This document shows, one piece after another, positions 52,236-63,282 of a stretch of DNA of 64,000 nucleotides. Numbering within the stretch: position 1 is the stretch's first letter; each line of letters opens with the position of its first letter. The position numbers and the translations under genes were made by a program. Source of the DNA: Octopus sinensis (Eukaryota); assembly GCF_006345805.1 (NCBI RefSeq), contig NC_043001.1, positions 15,748,001 to 15,812,000 of the forward strand, in the 5' to 3' direction. Under the pieces are notes generated by a model that ran no database searches, was not told the DNA's origin, and saw only the letters and a list, made by a program, of their open reading frames with translations.

Positions 52236-53029
52236 TGAAATGTATGAAAAATTCTTGAATCTATAATTTGATTATTTGACTATTAGTACATAAAGTATAT
52301 AAGCGGCCCTCAAAAAACTTTCTGTGATTAAAGTGGCCCGCAGTGTAATTCGAGTTGGCCAGGCCTGCTCTATATAGTCACCTAAACTACAGAAATAGCA
52401 GCCAAATGTTCCTCAAATTGTACTCTACTATCTTAAAGAAAAGAAAATTTGATAATGTTGTCCTAGATATAATGTGTCTGAATAAAAACAAAAAAACGTG
52501 AGAGTCACATTTAGATTGTTTTTGATCATAGGTCTGTATGATCAAAGATGATTGAGGTGATTAGAGCATGTATCACCGAATCAAGGTTGACCTGGTGTTA
52601 AACAACAACTACAAAAACAACAACAATCAGGCCCTTCTGCTAAGCTCACCCTCTTCCACTTTTTAACCCCATATCAAGGCACCCTCGAAATCACAACAGC
52701 AGCAGCTCTACAACCAAGCGATGAGGTATCAAATAAAACACTGAAATCTGACCCACTGATTGGTCGACTTCATTGAACCAATGAAAAGCCCTCAACAGCG
52801 AACAACCAAAGGAGGAAGTGAGCTCAATTATTTTCCATGTAAGATGAACCAGTGAACACGAAAACATTGCTCATTGATCCACACATTTCTAAGACACAGT
52901 TTCAATATGTTCAAGTTGAGATTTTCTCACACCATTCAATCTAATTAATATCATTGGACTATGAACATGGACACAGATTATTTACTTATATAAAACACTG
53001 TGGACTATTGCTAGAATTACTAATACTAC

Positions 53030-53191
53030 TATGAGGTCGTCGCCAGTGCCACTGGACTGGCTCCTGTACAGGTGGCACATAAAAGCACCATTTGGGCATG
53101 GCCGTTGCCAGTTCCACCAAACTGGCCCTCGTGCCAGTGGTGGCATGTAAAAGCACCCACTACACTCTCGGAGTGGTTGACGTTAGGAAGG
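53030..53191 (+). mobile_element. RTE 3' UTR fragment, 3'-truncated
   Basis: Ends abruptly at gttaggaagg. Confidence 0.75.
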
Positions 53192-53354
53192 CCTACCGTT
53201 CTTTCAGACGAAACAGTCTCCGATATTCCTGGTAAACTGTTGGCAAGTCCGCCAAAGTCCTTACGCAAATTGTCACAGGAAACGGAAATCAGCCTAGGAA
53301 GTGCTCACACAGCAGTAAAAAAGAAATTAAATTTCAACACCTCTTATAAAGTTT
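53189..53354 (+). pseudogene. Tc1/maT-like transposase N-terminal (HTH) fragment
   Basis: RPTVLSDETVSDIPGKLLASPPKSLRKLSQETEISLGSAHTAVKKKLNFNTSYKV; matches SPxKSxRxLSxExxIS...LxxxxYK. Confidence 0.7.
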
Positions 53355-53356
53355 TT

Positions 53357-53540
53357 TAACCCTTTCGTTACTGTATTTATTTTGAGATGCTCTGTGTTTC
53401 TTTCAATTATTTTAAATATAACAAAGAATTTAGTAAAATAGCTTAGTTATCATTCAGCTGGTGTTAGGAACATAAATTGTGACTAAGGTTTGGTGGCAGA
53501 TTTTATTTCAAAACTTATGAAAACAAGACATTTGTACTAC
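53357..53540. mobile_element. piggyBac-like MITE, left portion
   Basis: ttaa-ccctttcgttac terminus; right end not found. Confidence 0.4.
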
Positions 53541-53548
53541 AGAGCCAG

Positions 53549-53820
53549 AGTGGATTTCGTAGACAGAAACTGAAAGAAGCCTGTTGTGTATATATATATA
53601 TATATATGTCTATGTTTGTGTCTCTGTGTTTGTCTCCCCAACATCGCTTGACAACCGATGGTAGTGTGTTTATGTCCCCGTAACTTAGCGGTTCGGCAAA
53701 AGCGACTGATAGAATAAGTACTAGGCTTACAAAGAATAAGTCCTGGGCTCGATTTGCTCGACTAAAGCGGTGCTCCAGCATGGTCACAATCAAATGACTG
53801 AAACAAGTAAAGGAGTAAAG
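53549..53820 (+). mobile_element. SINE family B (5'-truncated)
   Basis: Consensus match. Confidence 0.85.
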
Positions 53821-53855
53821 ACAATATATATATGTATGTGTATATATATATATAT

Positions 53856-53934
<79 letters not shown>

Positions 53935-54021
53935 ATGTATTATATATACATATGCACTCCCGTGTGTGAATGTGTTAGTATATATATATATGAACATCAA
54001 TGGAATTTGTATCTTTGTGGT

Positions 54022-54538
54022 ACCAGTGCCGGTGGCACACAAGAAAACCATCCGAACGTGGCCGTAGCCAGTACCGCATCGACTGGCCTCCGTGCTGTGG
54101 GCACGTAAGAAACACCATCCGATCGTGGCCGTTCGTCAGCCTCGTCTGGCACCTGTGTCGGTGGCACATAAAAACACCATCCGAGCGTGGCCGTTCGCCA
54201 GCCTCGTCTGGCACCTGTGTCGGTGGCACATAAAAACACCATCCGAGCGTGGCCGTTCGCCAGCCTCGTCTGGCACCTGTGTCGGTGGCACATAAAAACA
54301 CCATCCGAGCGTGGCCGTTCGCCAGCCTCGTCTGGCACCTGTGTCGGTGGCACATAAAATCACCCACTACATTCTCGGAGTGGTTGGCGTTAGGAAGGGC
54401 ATCCAGCTGTAGAAACACTGCCAGATCTGACTGGCCTGGTGCAGCCTTCGGGCTCCCCAGACCCCAGTTGAACCGTCCAACCCATGCTAGCTTGGAAAGC
54501 GGACGCTAAATGATGATGATGATGATGATGATGATGAT
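54022..54538 (+). mobile_element. Young RTE 3' UTR with a homogeneous 62-bp tandem array
   Basis: ggtggcacataaaa at 54160, 54222, 54284 and 54346; (GAT)n tail. Confidence 0.9.
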
Positions 54539-55039
54539 ATATATATATATATATAAAAAACACGTACATACATCTATAAACACACACACATGGCAAATTA
54601 CCCCCATATGTGATCATAGCAAGGCATGCACTCTAAAGATAGAAATAAAACTACACTACATTTCACTCATGCACCGATGCAACATACTGCTTGACGAAGA
54701 TGATTCCACCGCCACCACCACCACCAACAGGTTCACAGCAGACTCTTCTTCAGAGACGCAGCTCTTGTTATGTTTCAGTTTTTACGAAGAGATGCAACAA
54801 AACTGGATGCTTCAAAGTTGCCAAAACTCAAGTCTCCAGAGACCTCCAAAGTAGTAGCAGAAGTTACCCCCCCACCGTTCCAGTTAACCTACATATTCCA
54901 GCTGTCTATCCCCTCCATAATCCTTCATCAAATCTGTTTCAAGATACCTCAATGGTAACTACTAGATTTACTATTTGCAATACACTCATGCACATATACA
55001 GAGTTTTGGTAAGGCTGAAGATTGAAGATTTTTGTTAAC

Positions 55040-55383
55040 CACGCTGCCTGACTGGCTCCTCTGCTGGTGGCATGTAAAAAGTACCATTCAAGTGTGGTCA
55101 ATGGCAGTGCTGCCTGACTGGCCCCTGTGCCAGTGGTACATAAAAAGCACCATTTGAGTATGGTCAATGCCAGGGCCACCTGACTGGCCCCTGTGCTAGT
55201 GACATGTAAAAAGCATCCACTAGACTACCAGAGTGGTTATCATTAGGTCAGGCATCCAGCTGTAGAAACCTTGCCAGATCAGATTGGAGCCTGGTGCAGC
55301 CTACTGGCTTGCTAGTTCTCAGTTAAACCATCCAACCCATGCCAGCATGGAAAGCGGACATTAAACGATGATGATTATGATGA
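55040..55383 (+). mobile_element. Older RTE 3' UTR copy
   Basis: CpG-decayed units and (GAT)n tail. Confidence 0.75.
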
Positions 55384-55697
55384 TTCAGAAATCTGCATGA
55401 AACTATTTTTTTTTGCGCCCTTTTAAAGCCTAGCCAGTCTCATGGGTCCAATTTTCCGGTTTCAATGGCGTATGTGTTCCCCAGCTGAACAGGACACCAG
55501 TCCATTGCAGCGTTACTCATTTTTGCCAGCTGAGTGGACTGTAAGAAGTACCTGTGTTGATGTCGCATAAAAAAAGCATCACAGGTTGAGGGTTAGCAAC
55601 AGGAAGAGCATCTGGTCATAACTTGCTGTCTCAAATAAGTCGTGCAATAATTCGTGCAAAGCATGGAAAAACGGTCGTTATATGAACGAAAACATAT

Positions 55698-56083
55698 CTC
55701 TTTTACTCTTATATTTGTTTCAGTCATTTGACTGTGGCCATGCTGGAGCACCGCCTTTAGTCGAGCAAATCGACCCCAGGACTTATTCTTTGTAAGCCTA
55801 GTACTTATTCTATCGGGTCTCTTTTGCCGAACCGCTAAGTTACGGGGACGTAAACACACCAGCATCGGTTGTCAGGCGATGTTGGGGGGACAAACACAGA
55901 CACACATACATACATATATACGACGGGCTTCTTTCAGTTTCCGTCTACCAAATCCACTCACAAGGCTTTGGTCGGCCCGAGTCTATAGTAGAAAACACTT
56001 GCCCAAGGTGCCACGCAGTGGGACTGAACCCGGAACCATGTGGTTCGTAAGCAAGCTATTTACCACACAGCCACTGCTACGCC
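55698..56083 (-). mobile_element. SINE family B, full length, near consensus
   Basis: Consensus match. Confidence 0.9.
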
Positions 56084-56998
56084 TATATATACAAATATAT
56101 ATGCATAGACAAATACACACATATTTACGCAATCAAAGACGCTCTAACCGTGACTTTCCTATCTTATCAGCCATTATCTTCGACTATATTATCCTTACTG
56201 GTTTTAAATATTCTTGGTGTGCGATTTGAGACAGATTTGGCTGCTGTTTCTAGCACTATGAGCGACCACGTATATATGCTTGCCGTCCTTGGCTCATGTC
56301 TGTGTGTGTGTCAAAGCAACACCGGATTTTTATTAGTTTGGGGTGACGCCTGAAGTTGGTTTCTGGGGCAAGACCGACATACATACGTGTGTTGTGCGGG
56401 GTGAGAATGTGGGGTAACAGAGTGGAACGTTTACCTAGAAGCCGTCGAAGAGGACATGGGGCAAAATGGATGAATGGATGGCTGAGAGAGAGAGAGAGAA
56501 ATGTGTTAGGACGGACAGAAGGCTTAGAGAGATATGTAGGACATTTTCATGATATAACATATATATAAAGTAAATACAAATGGCGTTTAAAATAATGGAT
56601 CCTTATAGCTTAAATGAGAAGAGATAGTAAGGGAGAGATGAATAAAACACAGAGGGAAGCCATGAGAGATAGTATAAGGGAGACACACACACACACACAC
56701 ACACACATACATACACGAATAGAGGGGGGTAATGAGAGAGAGTGATACAATTAAGATAGAACATCGACCGGAGGGAGAGATAGAGTGATAGACAGAGAAA
56801 GAAAGACAGAGAAAGAAAGATAGAGTAAGGGTAGGATACTAGAGACAGACTGATAGAGATAGGTGAGAGAGAAAGAGAGAGGGAAAGAAGATAGTCAGCC
56901 ACAGAAAGAGAGAGAGAGAGAGAGAGAGGAGAAAAAAACTTTCATAGATATACAGAGAAAACTATTATCGCTTTCTCTCTCTCTCACACACAAACTCA

Positions 56999-57029
<31 letters not shown>

Positions 57030-57261
57030 AGTATACAGACATATACATACATACATACAGGGAGAGAGAAAGAGAGATATGTAAGAGAGCTCGCGACAGA
57101 TACAGAGTGTCAGACTGACAGAGATACACATGTAGATTATATATGTAATATATATGTCTATATAGAGAAAGAGGGAGCGATAGTGTAAGAGTTGAGAGTA
57201 AAGGAGAAACATAGATACAGAGAGACAGACTGACAGAGATACAGAAGTACATACACAATAG

Positions 57262-57344
57262 AAAGAAAGAAAGGAAGGAAGGAAGGAAGGAAGGAAGGAA
57301 GGAAGGAAGGAAAGAAAAAGAAAGAAAAAGAAAGAAAGAAAGAA

Positions 57345-57379
<35 letters not shown>

Positions 57380-57430
57380 AAGGAAGGAAGGAAGGAAGGA
57401 CAGACAGACAGACAGACAGACAGACAGATT
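57262..57430. repeat. Purine tract (GAAA)/(GGAA)/(GA)/(GACA)
   Basis: Direct inspection. Confidence 0.95.
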
Positions 57431-57535
57431 GAGAGAGCGAGAGAGGTGAACGGTGTTAAAACGAGAAGTATTTTTATGAATGATAGTAATGTATGAACGA
57501 CGTAGAGCTTGTAGTTTATCTTTGGAGAGTTGACA

Positions 57536-57583
<48 letters not shown>

Positions 57584-57853
57584 AGAAAAGGCGGTCGGGG
57601 TGAGTGGGTTTGAAAGATGGGTTACGCGAGAAGATGGAGGGTTTGAAAGACAAGGAGGGGGGTGGAGAAAGCAGTGAGGGCGGAGGTGGGGTGAGGGAGA
57701 GTTTTAAAGTCTTTTTTGTTCTTTTTTTTAAACTAGAGGAGCGAAACGTTAAAGTAAACACGAGAAGAGGAGGGGTAATTAAAAGACATTATAATACAAT
57801 GATGAGAATAAAGAAGTGAGAGACAATTCAGAAATAAGGTAGTTCACATAGAT

Positions 57854-58243
57854 GTGTGGTAAGTAGCTTGCTAACCAACCACATGGTTACGGGTTCAGTC
57901 CCATTGCGTGGCATCTTGGGCAAGTGTCTTCTGCTATAGCCCCGGGCCGACCAATGCCTTGTGAGTGGATTTGGTAGACGGAAACTGAAAGAAGCCTGTC
58001 GTATATATGTATATATATATATATGTATGTGTGTGTGTCTGTGTTTGTCCCTCTAGCATTGCTTGACAACCGATGCTGGTGTGTTTACGTCCCCGTCACT
58101 TAGCAGTTCGGCAAGAGAGACCGATAGAATAAGTACTGGGCTTACAAAGAATAAGTCCTGGGGTCGATTTGCTCGACTAAAGGCGGTGCTCCAGCATGGC
58201 CGCAGTCAAATGACTGAAACAAGTAAAAGAGTAAAAAGTAAAA
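57854..58243 (+). mobile_element. SINE family B
   Basis: Consensus match. Confidence 0.9.
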
Positions 58244-58330
58244 GAGAATATATATATATAGAGAGAGAGAGAGGGGGGAGAGAGGCAGATAAGAGTGAGA
58301 GATGATAGGAACTTATATAAAATACTCGCA

Positions 58331-59140
58331 TTTTTCATTTGTTTCAGTCATTAGGCGGTGGCCATGCTGGAGTAATAAGCCTTGAAGAATTTTTAGTCGA
58401 ATGAATCGACTCTAGAACCGTTTTATTTTATTTATTTATTACTTTTTTTTGTTGCCAAGTCTGGTACTACTTATTCAATCTGTCTCTCTTAGCCGAACGG
58501 CTAAGTTACGGGGACGCAAACACACCAACACTGGTTGCTAGCGGCGACGCGGGAAAACACACTCACAGTCATATGTATGTGCATGCATATACAACGGGCT
58601 TCCTTCAGTTTCCGTCTACCAATTTCACTCAGAAGTCTTTGGTCGTCCCAGTACTATATAGTAGAAGACACTTGTTGAAGGTGACACGCAGTGGGACTGA
58701 ACTAGGAACCATGTGGTTGGGAAGCAGGCTTCTTACCACACAGCTAATGATTTGATTATAATAAATATTTGCTAATTTAATTAGTCTTTTTACTCTTTTA
58801 CTTGTTTCAGTCATTTGACTACAGCCATGCTGGAGCACCGCCTTTAGTCGAGCAAATCGACCCCAGGACTTATTCTTTGGAAACCTAGTACTTATTCCAT
58901 CGGTCGCTTTTGCCTACCCGCTAAGTTAGCGGACAAACACAGACACACAAACATATACACACATACATATATACGACGAGCTTCTTTCAGTTTCCATCTA
59001 CTAAATCCACTCACAAGGCTTTGGTCGGCCCGCGGCTATAGTAGAAGACACTTGCCCAATCAAGGTTCCATGCAGCGGGAATGAACCTGGAACCGTGTGA
59101 TTCGTAAGAAAGCTACTTACCACACAGCCACTCCTGCGCC
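58331..59140 (-). mobile_element. Two tandem SINE family B copies
   Basis: 58331-58745 and 58784-59140. Confidence 0.85.
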
Positions 59141-60073
59141 TAATTGCGCCTAATTTAAACTTTATCGTTTAAAGTGGGTTTCAGTCACTGGACTGCGGCC
59201 ATGCTGGGGCATCACCTTGAAGGGTTTTAATTGAACAAATCGACCCCTGTACTTAAGTGGTTTTTTTTGTCTTTTTCAAGTTTGGTATTTATTCTCGTCA
59301 GTCTTTGGTCGGCCGAGTCTATAGTAGAAGACACTTGCCCGAGGTGCCACGCAGTGGGACTGAACCCAGAACTATGTGATTGGGATGCAAACTTCTTTAC
59401 CAAACAGCCATACCTACAATATTGAGTACATCATTGTTCGCTGTTTTTGTATTAACAAGCTGATTAAATAGTAATGTTTGCAAGGGAAACAAAGTCAGTG
59501 TTACTGGGAAATAATGTTAATTAATAATGTAATTAACTATAAACGGGTGTTGATTATGTATCTATGTAATAACAAGAGCGGGTTTAACCATTTCTGTTTT
59601 CAACATCAGAAGTAACAATATGATTAAATACGGTGATTAGGGGGAAATATTGGTAATTAACTAATAAATCAACTTCGTTTCCACAAACCAATAAAGAATA
59701 AATGTATACAAAAAGAGAGAAACAGTCTTTAATTACGAAATACATCTGTTTCTGTGTCGTAACAACAGCTGCAAGCTGCTGAGTTTTCAATCTCGTACTG
59801 TATAAATTTAAATTATATTCACTTGGACGATCACACCGAAGATCTACGGACATCCTGCGTAAGTTGAATTACGTAATATGGTGATAGTGAAACATGTATG
59901 TGAATAATCCATATTTTTATTGCTTTTCTTTTGTCTTGCTCGATTACGTTTTGGCTATTTTGCTGAATTTATTTCTTGAGAACATTTCTTAGTGGTAAGA
60001 CCATAGCGGATCTACTTCTAGCATAAGGGCATCCACATAGTGGTTTCCCTCTCATATATATATATATAACTTG

Positions 60074-60395
60074 CACCCTGTCGGTTACGACGACGAGGGT
60101 TGCAGTTGATGTGATCGACGGAACAACCTGCTCGTGAAATTAACCTGCAAGTGGCTGAACACCCGCTCCACAGACACGTATACCATTAACGTAGTACTCA
60201 GGGAGAGACTCAACGTGGGCCAGAGTGTGTGACAAGGCTGACCGATCTGAAATAGAAGTACAACTCATTTTTGCCAGCTGAGTAGACTGGAGCAACGTTA
60301 AATAAAGTGTCTTGCTCAAGGACACAACGCGACGTCGTGAATTGAATTAAATTAAGATTATGAGTCGAATACTCGAACCACAAAGCTACACACCT
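60074..60395 (-). mobile_element. SINE family C
   Basis: Consensus match. Confidence 0.8.
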
Positions 60396-60397
60396 TT

Positions 60398-60458
<61 letters not shown>

Positions 60459-60460
<2 letters not shown>

Positions 60461-60631
60461 TCGTTAGCCACTACACACATTTTTCTTCTCTCCATGTTTC
60501 TTTCTGTCTCCCTTTCTGTAGAAGAGCGTAGGCTCGAAACGTAAAAGACTTTTTCAGTTCCTGAGCGTTATACTAATACATCTGTTTGTTTTGTACACCA
60601 CCTGTCTTCGTCTTTTGGATTTTTCGTGAAC
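60459..60631 (+). mobile_element. Short Penelope-like element with minimal hammerhead-like motif (60511-60548)
   Basis: cttt-CTGTAGA-a-gagc-gtag-gctc-GAAA-cgt-a-aaag; between (TA)n tracts; paralog at 63670-63853. Confidence 0.65.
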
Positions 60632-61041
60632 TATATATACACACGTATGTGTGTGTGTGTGTGTATGTGAGGGCAGTGGATTGGCAGAATCGTCAGAGCG
60701 TGAGACAGAATGTCTTGCAGTACTGTGGTCGATGTAATCAGCTCCTCTTCCCCTCCTAAAATTTCTAGTTATGCCTCTAAATTAGAAACTTCACACATAC
60801 GTATGTCTCTATGTAATTTATACTTAAAAAGTAACAGGCCTTGCAATCCTTGCACACCTGAAAATATAAAATTCATTTTGGCCCAAATATTAGTCAAGAC
60901 TCTCATCTCTCTTCGATTAAGAAAAAAAAATCTTTTAAACTTTTTTATTTACCCTCCATAGACGTGTAAGGTAACCTGTTCAACTACTTTCACAGACCAC
61001 TCTTAAATGTTGATGACGATGATAATACCCTAAACGGTTAA

Positions 61042-61160
61042 GGCGGCGAACTGGCAGAATCGTTAGCACGCCGGGCGAAATGCTTAGCAGTATTTCGTCT
61101 GCCGTTACGTTCTGAGTTCAAATTCCGCCGAGGTCGACTTTGCCTTTCATCCTTTCGGGG
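61042..61160 (+). mobile_element. SINE family A, 3'-truncated
   Basis: Stops at cctttcgggg. Confidence 0.85.
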
Positions 61161-61317
61161 TGATGTTGAGAGGCAAAGTGTGATAGAGAGATGGGGACAG
61201 GTCTCTTGTAGAAGTGAAACATGGCTATCCCGGGTGGGAAAAGAGATATGGAGGTGACCAAGGTACACGAAGGTGAGGGGGATAGGGGTAGAGGATTTAG
61301 TAAACGAAGACACTTAC

Positions 61318-61383
61318 CATTATTGAGGATCCACCATGGTTAATGGGGGACACAGATTCCTCGTGCAGTATTGTGGAACGCAT
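61318..61383 (-). CDS. Candidate first coding segment MRSTILHEESVSPINHGGSSIM (exon about 61394/61388-61318)
   Basis: gtcaacATG start context; donor ATG|gtaagt (phase 0); upstream acceptor tctctttcaatcag or ttgcag; phase-compatible with exon 32757-32888. Confidence 0.45.
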
Positions 61384-61572
61384 GTTGACTGCAACTGATT
61401 GAAAGAGACAACAGTGAAATTGCCTCTCAACATCAGTCACCTTCCTCAACACTACGGAACCTTCAATCAAAGGGTATTGTCTTACGACTCCCTTGGGGAC
61501 CTCACAAGTGCTGTTGTCACGAAAACGCACCCAATACATACACATATATGCACACACATACACACATATACA

Positions 61573-61957
61573 CAGTGGCTGTGTGGTAAGTAGCTTGCTT
61601 ACGAACCACACGGTTCCAGGTTCACTCCCACTGCATGGAACCTTGGGCAAGTGTCTTTTACTATAGCCTCGAGCCGACCAAAGCCTTGTGAATGGATTTG
61701 GTAGACGGAACCTGAAAGAAGCCCATCGTATATATGCGTATATATATATGTGTGTGTCCGTGTTTGTCCCTCCCACCAACATCGCTTGACAACTGATGCT
61801 GGTGTGTTTACGTCCCCGTAACTTAGAGGTTCGGCAAAAAAGAGACCGATAGAATAAGTACTAGGCTTACAAAGAATAAGTCCTGGAGTCGATTTGCTCG
61901 ACTAAAGGCAGTGCTCCAGCATGGCCACAGTCAAATGACTGAAACAAGTAAAAGAGT
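61573..61957 (+). mobile_element. SINE family B
   Basis: Consensus match. Confidence 0.9.
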
Positions 61958-61974
61958 ATATATATATATATATA

Positions 61975-62133
61975 CTTTATTTAAAGTAGCAGAAAATTCA
62001 ACAAAACCTGTTACTCTGAGTTTCCCGTTCCCGTTCGTCGGACAGTTTTTTCTAGCAAAAACCGCCCGACGAACGGGAACGGGAAACTCAGAGTAACAGG
62101 TTTTGTTGAATTTTCTGCTGCTTTGAAATAAAG
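61975..62133. repeat. Fold-back palindrome, ~76-bp arms, 6-nt loop
   Basis: Arms 61975-62050 and 62057-62133; mismatches are mostly transitions. Confidence 0.9.
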
Positions 62134-62204
62134 CATATTACTCTACCACTGGTATTTGAGTACTCTTTTTTCCACCTTGTTTCACATTTATGTGTTTACT
62201 CCAG

Positions 62205-62244
<40 letters not shown>

Positions 62245-62983
62245 CACACGTATGTATGTATGTATGTATGTATGTATGTATGTATGTATGTATGTATGTA
62301 TGTATGTATGCATGCATATATGCTATATACAGACAGACAGAAATACACGCAGATACATGTGTATAAAGTTTGTATTGTATACACAAGGGTGAGCTTACTG
62401 AACAGAGAAAACTGCAAGAGAAAGCAAGGCGTACAAAGACCTACATTCTTTTTATAAATTTTATGAATGTAAATGTTTTTATGAATGAAAACTGCCAAGC
62501 AAATAAAACTATTTCATTTTAACATACTTTCTCTCGTCTTTCACAGAAAGAAACTCTCGACGCTTTTTACATGTTTGACTAGTAAACCGCCTGATCTGAA
62601 AGTGGACTACGTACGTTTGTATACGTGTGTATATGTGTGTATGTATTTACATATTTGTCTATGGACTTGGTAGTTGCATGAATGTGTATGAATAAATGTA
62701 AATGAATGAATAATGTTGTGTCTTTGTCTGAATGTACGACCGTGTACAAACGCATACAGACACACACACAGACGAATGTTGGGACAAATACACACACACA
62801 CACACCCATTCATTCATTTATTGAGACATACGTAGCCATGTACATTTATGCGATGTTTTTTTTTAGTTTTTGCCTTTCATCTTTTACTTGATTCAGTTAT
62901 TACACTGTGGCCATGCTGCAGCGCTGCCTTGAAGATTTTTAGTCAATCGAATCAACCCCAGGAGCTAACGATTCAACATGGCG

Positions 62984-63034
<51 letters not shown>

Positions 63035-63038
<4 letters not shown>

Positions 63039-63236
63039 TAATCCAAACGGGAAAACAGAAAAAACAACAACACGTGGAACAATTACAGTATTATTATTAT
63101 TAGGCGCTCAGGAAAATGGAAGAAGGAGAGTATGACGTTTCGAGCGGAGCTCTTCGTCGGAAACATAAGAGAAAGAAAGAAAGATCCCGAGATGGGAGGA
63201 CAGAGGAAAAAAAATTGCAGGTCGTCTTCACGAGGT

Positions 63237-63239
<3 letters not shown>
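63035..63239 (-). mobile_element. Short Penelope-like element with hammerhead-like motif (63131-63165)
   Basis: Minus strand CCGACGA-a-gagc-tcc-gctc-GAAA-cgt-c; shares ttcctgagcgcc with the 63670 copy; flanked by (TA)n. Confidence 0.6.
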
Positions 63240-63271
<32 letters not shown>

Positions 63272-63282
63272 CGCACATAAGA

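Noticed and set aside
54098-54360. Regular 62-bp repeats resembling a CRISPR array (also 63300-63485)
   Set aside because: Whole units are repeated with no unique spacers, there are no cas genes, and the array sits inside a eukaryotic LINE 3' UTR.
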